Under the pieces are notes generated by a model. It was not told where the DNA came from, ran no database searches, and saw only the letters and a program-made list of their open reading frames with translations. A program made the translations under genes and the position numbers. DNA of 49,837 bases from an uncultured Bdellovibrionales bacterium (GTDB taxonomy: Bacteria; Bdellovibrionota_C; UBA2361; J135), in the NCBI GenBank assembly GCA_964650155.1, contig CAZYRE010000003.1:1-49837 (forward strand). The letters run 5' to 3'. Of this stretch, positions 18,201 through 27,179 are shown in pieces (the first letter of the stretch is position 1; every line of letters starts with the position of its first letter).

Positions 18201-19973
18201 TTTATTGATCCAAATCCTGATCCTACAAAATCGTTTGCTGAAAGAAAACGCTTATTTACTACTCCACGCACACAATGGAGTGATTACAATAAGGATCTAA
18301 TCAGCTCTGGTGGTGGTATCTTTGGTCGTTTCGATAAAGAAATCTCTTTAACACCCGAGATGCGTACGGCACTATCTATCCCAAATGAGATCCCAAATGT
18401 TGTGAACGGAGAGCAACTCATCTCTTTCATCTTAAAAGCCAAAGTAGATCTTCTCTGGAACGGTGGAATCGGTACCTATGTTAAATCTAGCTCCGAAACC
18501 AATGCTGACGTTAATGATGGCACGAACGATGGAGTTAGGGTTGACGCGAAGGAGCTCCGTGCTCGTGTGATCGGAGAGGGCGGAAATTTAGGCTTTACTC
18601 AAAAAGCAAGAATAGAGTTCGAACGGTGTGGTGGCAAACTCAACACTGATGCCATCGACAACTCTGGGGGAGTCGATTTATCTGACCATGAAGTAAATTA
18701 TAAGATCTTCTTCTCTCGGCTTCTTGAGGAAGGGAAGATAACGATTGAGGAACGTAATAAGATTCTCAAAGAGGTATCCTCTTTTGCTTGTACTGATGTA
18801 TTAAAAAATAATGCTAGCCATGCATTACTACTTACTTTAGGTAGTCGCCGCACACTGAAGCGAATGATTCAGGTTCGCGATCTACTGAGAGATCTATCAC
18901 ATACAGGACACATCAATCGCACAGTAGATTCTCTCCCAGATGACGAGGGTCTAGGAAAATTACAATCTGCTGGGCAAGGACTAACTCGGCCTGAACTATC
19001 TAGAATTTACGCTGGTCTCAAGATGTACCTCAAAGAGATAGTTGTTAGCAGTGGTATCACTAACGATCCCGCTCTATCCCCATATCTCCTCAACTATTTC
19101 CCTACTCCGATCCGAGAGCGTTGGCAGAAAGAAGCCTTGGAGCATCCATTACGTCCTCAAATAATAGCCACCAAGCTAGTTAACGAAATGGTCGACTTGA
19201 TGGGGGCAACTTTTGTTCATCGAACTTGCAGATCATTAAAAGTAGATCCAGTTGATGTGGTAAAAGCGTACGTAGTTGCTGCATCATTGATCGATCTGCC
19301 AGCTATAAAAGCAGAAATTAAGAATTTAGATACCTATGAAGGCGCACAGAACTTCTTAGAGTTTTCTGAAGATCTAAACGTATTGATGGCTGGACTACTA
19401 ACTGGAATCGTAGGCAACATGTCTAAGGATACTACCGTTGGTGCTCTAACTAGTTATATTACACCTTTATTCAAAGAAATTTGCTCATCTATCGAGCCAA
19501 TTCTTTCACCTAAAACTTTTGCTCTCGTCAAGGAACGTACTCAACGAGCGCTTCAGGCGGGATTATCCACAAGTTGCGCTCAAACTCTGGCGCTACGAGA
19601 CTGCATCTCAAACCTGTATGAAATTCTTGCCCTCCGTTCTGGAAGCACCGCCTCCATTTCAGAGCTAGCATTGACATACTCGACCGTAATTAACCGATTA
19701 GGTCTTGAAGACATATTACTTCAGATTGAACAGCTTTCGATGCAAAATAGGTGGGAGCAAGAGCTACTTGTTGCCAGTCGATCAAAAATTCAGAGAAGTG
19801 TGCGCGATATAGTTTCTCGCGCTAGTAAATCTCAATCCAAATTAAATTCGCTCTGGGAAGGACATGCTGCCTTTGCGAGAATTAGAGATATTACCGCCGA
19901 CATTAATCAACGAGGGATGAACCTTGCGGCTCTATCACTACTTGCAGATGATTTACCACTGTTGGCTTCTTAA
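15225..19973 (+). CDS. gdhB: NAD-specific glutamate dehydrogenase, large (about 180 kDa) Bac_GDH family
   Basis: Length of about 1580-1606 aa. Catalytic region [49 protein letters not shown], then [10 protein letters not shown] and [11 protein letters not shown]. The track ORF opens at 15153, but codons 1-24 run through an AT-rich promoter-like sequence, so I prefer the ATG at 15225 ([10 protein letters not shown]). Confidence 0.93.
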   Translation: [1582 protein letters not shown]

Positions 19974-21271
19974 TATGCTTTTGCTTGCTCACGTTTTGGT
20001 CGACGCATATCTAGGATCTGCCTAACCACAGTCTCTGCTAAGCTGAAAGCTTCATCTGTGGCTAGTGCTAGAGGCTTAATAACCTCGACAGCAAGTTCAC
20101 GTTTTCCAGCGTTGAGTGCGCCTCTGGCCACTGCTAATCTCAAAATCGTCTCGTTTGGATAGGCTTCCTGTAGACGGCAAAGCATATGGTAGCCATTCAT
20201 GGAGCGTGAAAATCGATCATACTCACTACATGCTAGCACTGCATAAAGGACTAAGTGTTCATGAATTTTTTCAGCCCGCAACAAAGCTTGCTCGATTGAT
20301 TGCAAGGCTCGTGTAAAACACAGTGCGGCATGAGGCATACTTACCTTTTCGTACCGAATGCCTGAATATAAATATGTAACCATTGAAGAGAAAAACTTGG
20401 TAGGTCGTGTTAATTTTTTAAGTTTACTCAGAGCTGCAAAAACGGTTTCTGCTCGCTTTTCTACTGTATGGTGCTTTAAGATCTCTTCAAACCCAGCAAG
20501 CCCTATAGATTTACATTTCTCTGGCTGAGCAAGAAGTTCCTTTATTTTTTGGGCTGCCTCACTAACGTTTCCACGCTCATAAGTTACTAAATGTCTTCCG
20601 TCTTCAAATAATTCAAATAGGCCATTACTACTCCTCTCGGTTAAAACCAAAGAGCCACTAGCTAAAGCCTCAAATACTCGAAAGTTTAGATCACCTTTGA
20701 CTGTCTGATTAATCACTATCCGAGCGTGAGGATAAAATTTCCAAAATTCTCCCCGAAGTAAAGTAACCGGGGCAACACGACATAGTTCATCAAAAAACTG
20801 AACACGATCTTTATTCAAATCGGGATCCATAGTGCCGACGAAAATTGCATCGTATTTCTTTTCATCGCTGGGTTCCATTAATCGCGATGCCCATAATGGC
20901 AGCCACTCGGCATCGACGCCCTCAGATTGAAATTCAGTAAGATAGTCCATATGAGCTACAAAACTCTTATCGCAAACAACGCCTAAATGTTTATGCCAAT
21001 GGGAGTGATGATGTGCGTCAACGGAATAAAATAACGTAGGAATTTCTGTTTCCTCGAGACCTACAACAGAGATAGGCATGCTGTTGTCGTGGTAAACAAT
21101 CAGATCGGGAACTCCGGATAATCCACAATCCCGAACGATATCATTAATCCGTCCTAGCGGCTTTTCGACGATATGATCAAGATGAACAGCGGATCCACTG
21201 GTTACAACTTCATGCCCAGCGGCTCTCCACTCAGCCGCGAACCAATCTTGGTTAAGCATGAGAATTTTCAT
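19970..21271 (-). CDS. CgeB-family (Glyco_trans_1_2) glycosyltransferase-like protein with a helical/TPR-like C-terminus
   Basis: AIFVGTMDPDLNKDRVQFF...INQTVKGDLNFRVFEALASGSLVLTE matches the CgeB-type C-terminal GT motif. The C-terminal 130 aa are helical-repeat-like. Confidence 0.6.
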   Translation of the reverse strand: MKILMLNQDWFAAEWRAAGHEVVTSGSAVHLDHIVEKPLGRINDIVRDCGLSGVPDLIVYHDNSMPISVVGLEETEIPTLFYSVDAHHHSHWHKHLGVVCDKSFVAHMDYLTEFQSEGVDAEWLPLWASRLMEPSDEKKYDAIFVGTMDPDLNKDRVQFFDELCRVAPVTLLRGEFWKFYPHARIVINQTVKGDLNFRVFEALASGSLVLTERSSNGLFELFEDGRHLVTYERGNVSEAAQKIKELLAQPEKCKSIGLAGFEEILKHHTVEKRAETVFAALSKLKKLTRPTKFFSSMVTYLYSGIRYEKVSMPHAALCFTRALQSIEQALLRAEKIHEHLVLYAVLACSEYDRFSRSMNGYHMLCRLQEAYPNETILRLAVARGALNAGKRELAVEVIKPLALATDEAFSLAETVVRQILDMRRPKREQAKAY

Positions 21272-21283
21272 AAATCACTAACA

Positions 21284-24200
21284 TTACGTCATACGTTGCG
21301 GCATGGTTTGTGCGATCCCAAGCTTTTCTATAATCAAGCTTCTCAGTTCAAGAGCATGATTGTTACTAGGCTCAAACATAATCAATCGCTCTAATTCTTC
21401 TAGAGCTTCGTGATATCTCTCCTGAGCGAACAAACACCCAGCAAGAGAGTACATAAAGTTACAATCAGCTGAGTGTAGTTCAAGGTAGCCTCGTACTGCT
21501 TCCTCTACTTCTTTAAGTTTCTTCATTGGATACCCGAGTTCGATTATCCCTAGAACCGCTCTAAGATTTTCAGGGTTTATCTTAAGGGAGGCTCTATAAT
21601 GTTCCCAAGCTTTTTGAACGTTTCGCATTTGTGCAGCACACATTCCAAGCCCGGCATAAGCTACATCAGATCTTGAGTCATATTTCAGAGCCTCACTAAA
21701 TAACTCCTCTGCTTTGAGCCAATCATTAGAGTTAGCTCGAAGAGCCGCTTGCCCACACAATGCCCTAGCGCTGCGAGGATTTGCTCTAACAACCTCTTGG
21801 TAAATGTCAGATGCTTTCTCAAGATTACCTTCAAGAATTGCTGTTTCTGCTATGAGAATCTTAGCAAATTCTATCTGCTCGTTGTTAGCTTCAGGATTTT
21901 TAAGAATCAAATCGCATCCAGACTTAACAGAATCAATCTCACGATTTCTCTTCTTTTCATTCAACTCAGCCAACTGCATATCAATTAAGGTATTTCTCGA
22001 CTTACTTGGTGATATAACCTGCGTTTCAGATTGTTCTTCATCAAGATAAACTACAGAAACATTTTTAGGCATACTTACTGTTGGTACCGATTCAGTTGCC
22101 GTAATGTTAGTAGCAGCTTGCTTTGGTAAGGATCTCTCTTCTTCAGTTATCCTAGAAGAAAGTTCTAATGCTCCTCGGTGAGTGCTATTCTGCGAAAGGA
22201 CTGATTGTAGTTGAGCTCGGGCACCCAAGTAGTTTTGAGACTTATAATAACAACCAGCTAGACAAAACCGCATCTCTAAATCTTGAGGGCTGCTGTTGAG
22301 ATACTTCTCAATGGCAACGGTTACATCAGTGAAGCGATTGAGGACGAAAGCACACTCTATTAATTGGTGTATCGCGACCAATTCAGTTGCCGATGTATTT
22401 AGCGCCTTAACAAAATAATCATATGCCATGGCATGATTCTTATTCATGACTTCGCACATTCCCCTTCCTATGAGCGACTTAGGATCATCAGACTTTATTG
22501 CTAGGGCTCGATCAAAGTATTTCTTCGCTCCTTCGATGTCGCTGGAGGCAAGATTGAGTGCGCCTCTCGCCATCATTAGTCGCACAGATTGTGGATTGAT
22601 CTTTTCAGCTTGGTCGAAAAGGGATCTAGCCTCATCGTTTCGACGATTCTTTGTTGCCAGTTCTCCTCTTTCAAGAAGATCCTGAAATGTCGTTGTTTCA
22701 TTATCCATGTCAAATGTAGGCGCCATAGGTGCTCCTTCCTGTTTCATAAAAACCTTATTATCGTTACTTAAACCAAGAATTTGTTGATATGAATCAAATG
22801 CGATCTGGGCCATATTTTCCCAGCTATATTGTGTCAATTTGGTACGCATTCTTTCATCATATGGTTGCGATAAAGCCTTGAGTACAGCCTCTCTAATTGA
22901 CCTTTCGTCTTTTGGATCACAATAAAATGCTAAATCTCCAAGGTAGTCTTCGATTGTTCCAGAATTTCCTGAAGCCACGACATTGCATCCATAATATGCG
23001 GCTTCTAGGGAAACTAATCCCGGTAGTTCGTAAAAACTAGGTAACGCATGTACCTTGGCTGCACAGTAAGCACTGGCTAGCATTTCATTATCGAGTCGAC
23101 CTAGGATTAATGTTTTCCCTTGACGTTTAAACTTTTGAACTGCTTCAGCGTATTCAGGCTGATATGAGAATCCACTACCAATTATCACCACCGGTATATC
23201 TGTATTCTCAAGCGCTTTGAGTAGCATTAACTGATTCTTTCTTGTCTCAAGCCTACCAACGCATAATACAAAGTCTTTGATGCCATAAGTCTGAATAAAT
23301 TTTTCAGCAGTTGCCGCCTTTGCCACGGTACTACCAAACATCACAGGAAATATTGGCAAATTTTTACCGTAATCACGCTCTAAAATTTTCCCTTCTGATG
23401 GACCACTTACAAACAGTCCGGCACTATTTTGCGCCGTCCAAGTGTTGTTAAAGTGACCAGATGGCTTTACGTCTTTCAGGTTCGGACGATTTGTTTCAAA
23501 CCACTTTTCATCCTGTCCCTTAGAAACATACTCAATTAAACATTTTGAAAGCACGTGTGATTGATAATGAAAATTTGGAACGTCTTCATATAATGTTGTA
23601 ACTACGTACGGGACACCTGCGGCCTTGGCATTTTGTGCAAGAATTTTTACATAATCAGGTAAAGCAAAATTGAAGAGATGAACAATATCGTAGTTTTTCG
23701 GATCTTCTTTTGCTTCTAAATCTACAGTGACCTTTGCTCCTCTCTTCTCAACTCCAACTCTTGTGTGTTCCATTACTACGGTATCACCACCTGGTTGCGT
23801 ATAGGCGTTTGGTCGATTCTGCATTAAAATCTTTATTTGTTTTGTTTGAACTACGCCCCGCCTATCCGTCTTATTCTGTATGTCCTTATTATCCTTCGAC
23901 GTTGCCGACATCCTAATTCCAAGGTCTAAGTAAAGTTTTCGTAAGTCTCTACTTAAGACATTCCATGATCTTGTTTGGGAAAGTTTTTTTACATTATTTT
24001 CTAGAGTCGATCTAAGCTCCTGGTTAAACAAAAGCCTCTCTAACGAAACCGACATTGGATAACCTGAAGTAACTGTCCAAACTGAGTCGCCAAATTCAGC
24101 GAATGCAGGGGCTAGAGAAGTTGCCACGACTTTGCCTAGTGACAACGCAGTAGCACATGCTGCGGATAGTTCATGATGTTGAGACAAGTAATTCAATACG

Positions 24201-26116
24201 ACTACGTCAGCAACAGCTATATATTTTTCAAGCTTTTCTTCAGGTATATACCCTTCAATAAAATGAATTTTGTTCGCAATATTTAATTTTGTAGCATATT
24301 GCTTTAATTGTTCAGAATAACTGCGACTATTAGGATCAGATTCATTTACTCCACCAACAATGTATCCATGAACATCTTGTTTGCTATCCTGTAATTGCTT
24401 CACTCCCTCGATTAAGGCCTCCATGCCCTTATGTGGCTGGATAAAACCGAATGTCAGAGCTACCTTTTGGTCTTGAGGAATTCCTAATTCCTTTCTCACC
24501 AATTCATTAGAATATTTATTTTTGCTGTCAGATATTCCATGTGGAGTGACTAAAATATTGTCATACCTCCATCCATTAGCCACAAGTTGCAACCGATTTT
24601 GCTGAGTATGTACGATTGCTTTATCAACACAACTTCCTAGGTTTACTAAAGCCTCGGTAGTTGTGAATGTTGTGTGCAACTGTGCAATTATCTTAATCCC
24701 ACGGCTACGCAATTCCCTCAGCATCATACAAAATGACGCGGTCGGGAAAATACCAGCTTGATGGATATTGATATGGAGCAGTTTTACTGAATACTTATCA
24801 ATTACTGATTTTAATTTTGTGAAATCGTTACTTCCTTTCTGCCAACACCTCTCTACAAACGCCTCATCTGGTCGTTGCCTTGGACTTGAAGTCTCCTCAG
24901 CTAGAATTACATAGCTATTTTGTGGATACTCAGCTACAAGATGCTCCGCATATCGGGCAATTCCACACTCCTGGTTCCATGTTGAGAGGTATCCGATTAC
25001 ACCCTCCGTCACATCGGAGTATTTTTCTTCATCAATAGAACTACTCTGTGCTAATTCGGTAATCTTCTTGGCTGTATCTTGCCAAGAAGGAATCCGACTA
25101 GAGACTTTTCTAGTTGTAGCAATTAACCTCAGAAGTTTATCTTTATCCCTCAATAACTCTGAAAGGGTGTTAGTTAAACTCTCCAGGCTGATTTCTGGTA
25201 TAACTACTCCACTCTCACAGTTTAAGATTGTCTCCTTCATGCCACCAATATCGAAGGCGACAACAGGACAACCACAACTTTGAGCTTCCAAGGAAGTCAG
25301 TGGATAAGAATCAAACCAAATCGAAGGCAGTACACAGAAAGCCGCATTCTTATAAGCCTTTACCAATGTATCTTGTGAGACAGCGCCGTGAAATTTGATT
25401 CCGGGCACTTCGTTTTCTATCTTCTTTTCGTCTAATATCTTCTCGCGTCCCCACATCGAGGAACTTCCATAAACATCTAGCTTTAATCTAGGGAAGATCT
25501 TCTTTAGTTCAAGAAAGGAATGAATAAGTAACTCGATACCTTTATCTCTTACTAAGGCACCTACAAATATGATTCTATCGAGATCCCGATTTTCATTTGC
25601 AGCACAGATAAATTTACTTTTATCGATGCCATTATTAACAACTGTAATTTTTTGCGCTGGAAACCCGGCATTTACGATCAAACGTTTCTGAGCTTCAGAA
25701 ACCGATATTACTCGATCACAATGTTTCGCCAGTGTTTCGCTTGAGACACCGGTGGCACTTCCAGAAGGATCATGACAGATCAAGGTTTTTGATAAGCAAT
25801 TTTTATCACCAATTGTCATGAGAAAAGGCATTGCTCGACCAGCTGAGATCAGATGGTATGGTCCCTCTTTAGAAACCTGGTCTAAGGCTGGCCTAAGATC
25901 AAAATCTTCCCCTACATCTACAAACTCTACGGTAGATTTAATGTTTAAGGTGTCTTTGATTCTACCGACTAAAGTTACACGATGACCTAATGAGGCTATT
26001 CCTTCAGCAAGGCACAGTGTCGCCCTTTCGGCACCACTATTGACCCCACCCAACGAAAGTTGATGGTCGGTATGTACAATTAAGTACCTAACATTACTCA
26101 CAAAAACCTCAAGCAA
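21284..26116 (-). CDS. giant multidomain glycosyltransferase: three GT4 (GT-B) modules followed by two TPR arrays
   Basis: Module 1 is aa 1 to about 360 (SLGGVNSGAE...YPLTSLEAQSCGCPVVA). Module 2 is about 375-745 (FGFIQPHKGMEAL...HELSAACATALSLGKVV). Module 3 is about 770-1115 (CVGRLETRKNQLMLL...LPGLVSLEAAYYGCNVVAS). TPR repeats run from about 1150 to 1610. The track start is a TTG at 26116; the GTG at 26101 has GAGG 5 nt upstream. Confidence 0.85.
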   Translation of the reverse strand: MLEVFVSNVRYLIVHTDHQLSLGGVNSGAERATLCLAEGIASLGHRVTLVGRIKDTLNIKSTVEFVDVGEDFDLRPALDQVSKEGPYHLISAGRAMPFLMTIGDKNCLSKTLICHDPSGSATGVSSETLAKHCDRVISVSEAQKRLIVNAGFPAQKITVVNNGIDKSKFICAANENRDLDRIIFVGALVRDKGIELLIHSFLELKKIFPRLKLDVYGSSSMWGREKILDEKKIENEVPGIKFHGAVSQDTLVKAYKNAAFCVLPSIWFDSYPLTSLEAQSCGCPVVAFDIGGMKETILNCESGVVIPEISLESLTNTLSELLRDKDKLLRLIATTRKVSSRIPSWQDTAKKITELAQSSSIDEEKYSDVTEGVIGYLSTWNQECGIARYAEHLVAEYPQNSYVILAEETSSPRQRPDEAFVERCWQKGSNDFTKLKSVIDKYSVKLLHINIHQAGIFPTASFCMMLRELRSRGIKIIAQLHTTFTTTEALVNLGSCVDKAIVHTQQNRLQLVANGWRYDNILVTPHGISDSKNKYSNELVRKELGIPQDQKVALTFGFIQPHKGMEALIEGVKQLQDSKQDVHGYIVGGVNESDPNSRSYSEQLKQYATKLNIANKIHFIEGYIPEEKLEKYIAVADVVVLNYLSQHHELSAACATALSLGKVVATSLAPAFAEFGDSVWTVTSGYPMSVSLERLLFNQELRSTLENNVKKLSQTRSWNVLSRDLRKLYLDLGIRMSATSKDNKDIQNKTDRRGVVQTKQIKILMQNRPNAYTQPGGDTVVMEHTRVGVEKRGAKVTVDLEAKEDPKNYDIVHLFNFALPDYVKILAQNAKAAGVPYVVTTLYEDVPNFHYQSHVLSKCLIEYVSKGQDEKWFETNRPNLKDVKPSGHFNNTWTAQNSAGLFVSGPSEGKILERDYGKNLPIFPVMFGSTVAKAATAEKFIQTYGIKDFVLCVGRLETRKNQLMLLKALENTDIPVVIIGSGFSYQPEYAEAVQKFKRQGKTLILGRLDNEMLASAYCAAKVHALPSFYELPGLVSLEAAYYGCNVVASGNSGTIEDYLGDLAFYCDPKDERSIREAVLKALSQPYDERMRTKLTQYSWENMAQIAFDSYQQILGLSNDNKVFMKQEGAPMAPTFDMDNETTTFQDLLERGELATKNRRNDEARSLFDQAEKINPQSVRLMMARGALNLASSDIEGAKKYFDRALAIKSDDPKSLIGRGMCEVMNKNHAMAYDYFVKALNTSATELVAIHQLIECAFVLNRFTDVTVAIEKYLNSSPQDLEMRFCLAGCYYKSQNYLGARAQLQSVLSQNSTHRGALELSSRITEEERSLPKQAATNITATESVPTVSMPKNVSVVYLDEEQSETQVISPSKSRNTLIDMQLAELNEKKRNREIDSVKSGCDLILKNPEANNEQIEFAKILIAETAILEGNLEKASDIYQEVVRANPRSARALCGQAALRANSNDWLKAEELFSEALKYDSRSDVAYAGLGMCAAQMRNVQKAWEHYRASLKINPENLRAVLGIIELGYPMKKLKEVEEAVRGYLELHSADCNFMYSLAGCLFAQERYHEALEELERLIMFEPSNNHALELRSLIIEKLGIAQTMPQRMT

Positions 26117-26567
26117 ACTCCTACTGAATTAATCAAGGCGCTATTAGCCTTACAGTTTATTGTGCAAGAGATGTACGAACGATGAAGTCAGACTAACTTA
26201 CTGATTTAACAATAGAATTGATCTTGTTCGAAATTGATACATCTGAAATTGAGCCAAAAATTTGGCGGTGACATTTAATTTACAATTAATACCGTATCTC
26301 ATTTATTCAAACTGAATCTTAAAACTGTGGGAACATTGATTCTCGATCCCCTGAGTGGAGAACTCTTTAACTCTACTGATGGGATTGAGTGGGACACAGG
26401 TTCCCCATGGTTGAATTAGGTTGATTGAGTTCTTTTCAGGTTGAGGTTTGTATTCGGTTCTAAGCAGCTTAGGTTTGATCTCTTTTTCCTCGTGCTTGTT
26501 CATAATTGGTTTTATAGCTGCGAAAGTTTAAAGTCCCACTTGATTCCACTTCTCATCCTCTGCCAGA

Positions 26568-27179
26568 GTGCTGTCTTCAACTAAACCGAAAACTAAGATG
26601 ATCACAATCTTTCATAGCAATACTCCGCTAAAGCAAAGCAAAGTTTTCGATCTGTCCTTAAGCAAAGTGAATACTAGGTGGGACGGGGCAATGCTCCCTT
26701 GGGAATTCCAATTTTTAATAGCACTAGATCCAAAGACGTTATGGCTAATGGGTGGCTCTGATGTGGTTCAAAAAAATACGCCCCCTTGCACTGCTGGAAG
26801 TTACTTTGACGGGTTGTGGAACTACGACGTTATCGAATTCTTTTTTGCTGGAACAGAAATTAATTATCTTGAGTTTCATATCGCTCCTGAAGGCAGGTGG
26901 TGGTGTCATCGATTTCATGGTCCATTAATCAGAGATCCGAAATATTCGGCTCCGAAAGTAATTAGCCATACATTATCTGGATCAGGTTGGAAAACAGCAC
27001 TCGAAGTTCCGCTAGAACATGTAAAGTCTATTCTCCTAGGTAACCCAACATTGGCAAATGTAACGGCAAAGTTTAATAGTCAAAATCAACAATATGGAAG
27101 TTTTGAACGATTGCCTGGTGAGAAACCAAATTTTCACCAACCTGCATATTTTCCGAAGATAGAACTAGTAAAAATTTAA
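26568..27179 (+). CDS. hypothetical cytoplasmic protein, possibly a CBM9/DOMON-like fold
   Basis: WNYDVIEFFFAG..INYLEFHIAPEGRWW resembles the carbohydrate-binding family 9 core motif. No signal peptide. The start is uncertain (GTG at 26568 or ATG at 26598). Confidence 0.4.
   Translation: MLSSTKPKTKMITIFHSNTPLKQSKVFDLSLSKVNTRWDGAMLPWEFQFLIALDPKTLWLMGGSDVVQKNTPPCTAGSYFDGLWNYDVIEFFFAGTEINYLEFHIAPEGRWWCHRFHGPLIRDPKYSAPKVISHTLSGSGWKTALEVPLEHVKSILLGNPTLANVTAKFNSQNQQYGSFERLPGEKPNFHQPAYFPKIELVKI

Noticed and set aside
26303-26503. A 66-aa minus-strand ORF in the 450-bp gap upstream of the giant GT gene.
   Set aside because: It has no RBS and no recognisable motif, and it overlaps the phased GGTTGA repeats. 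I treated the region as regulatory DNA. A real small protein cannot be excluded.
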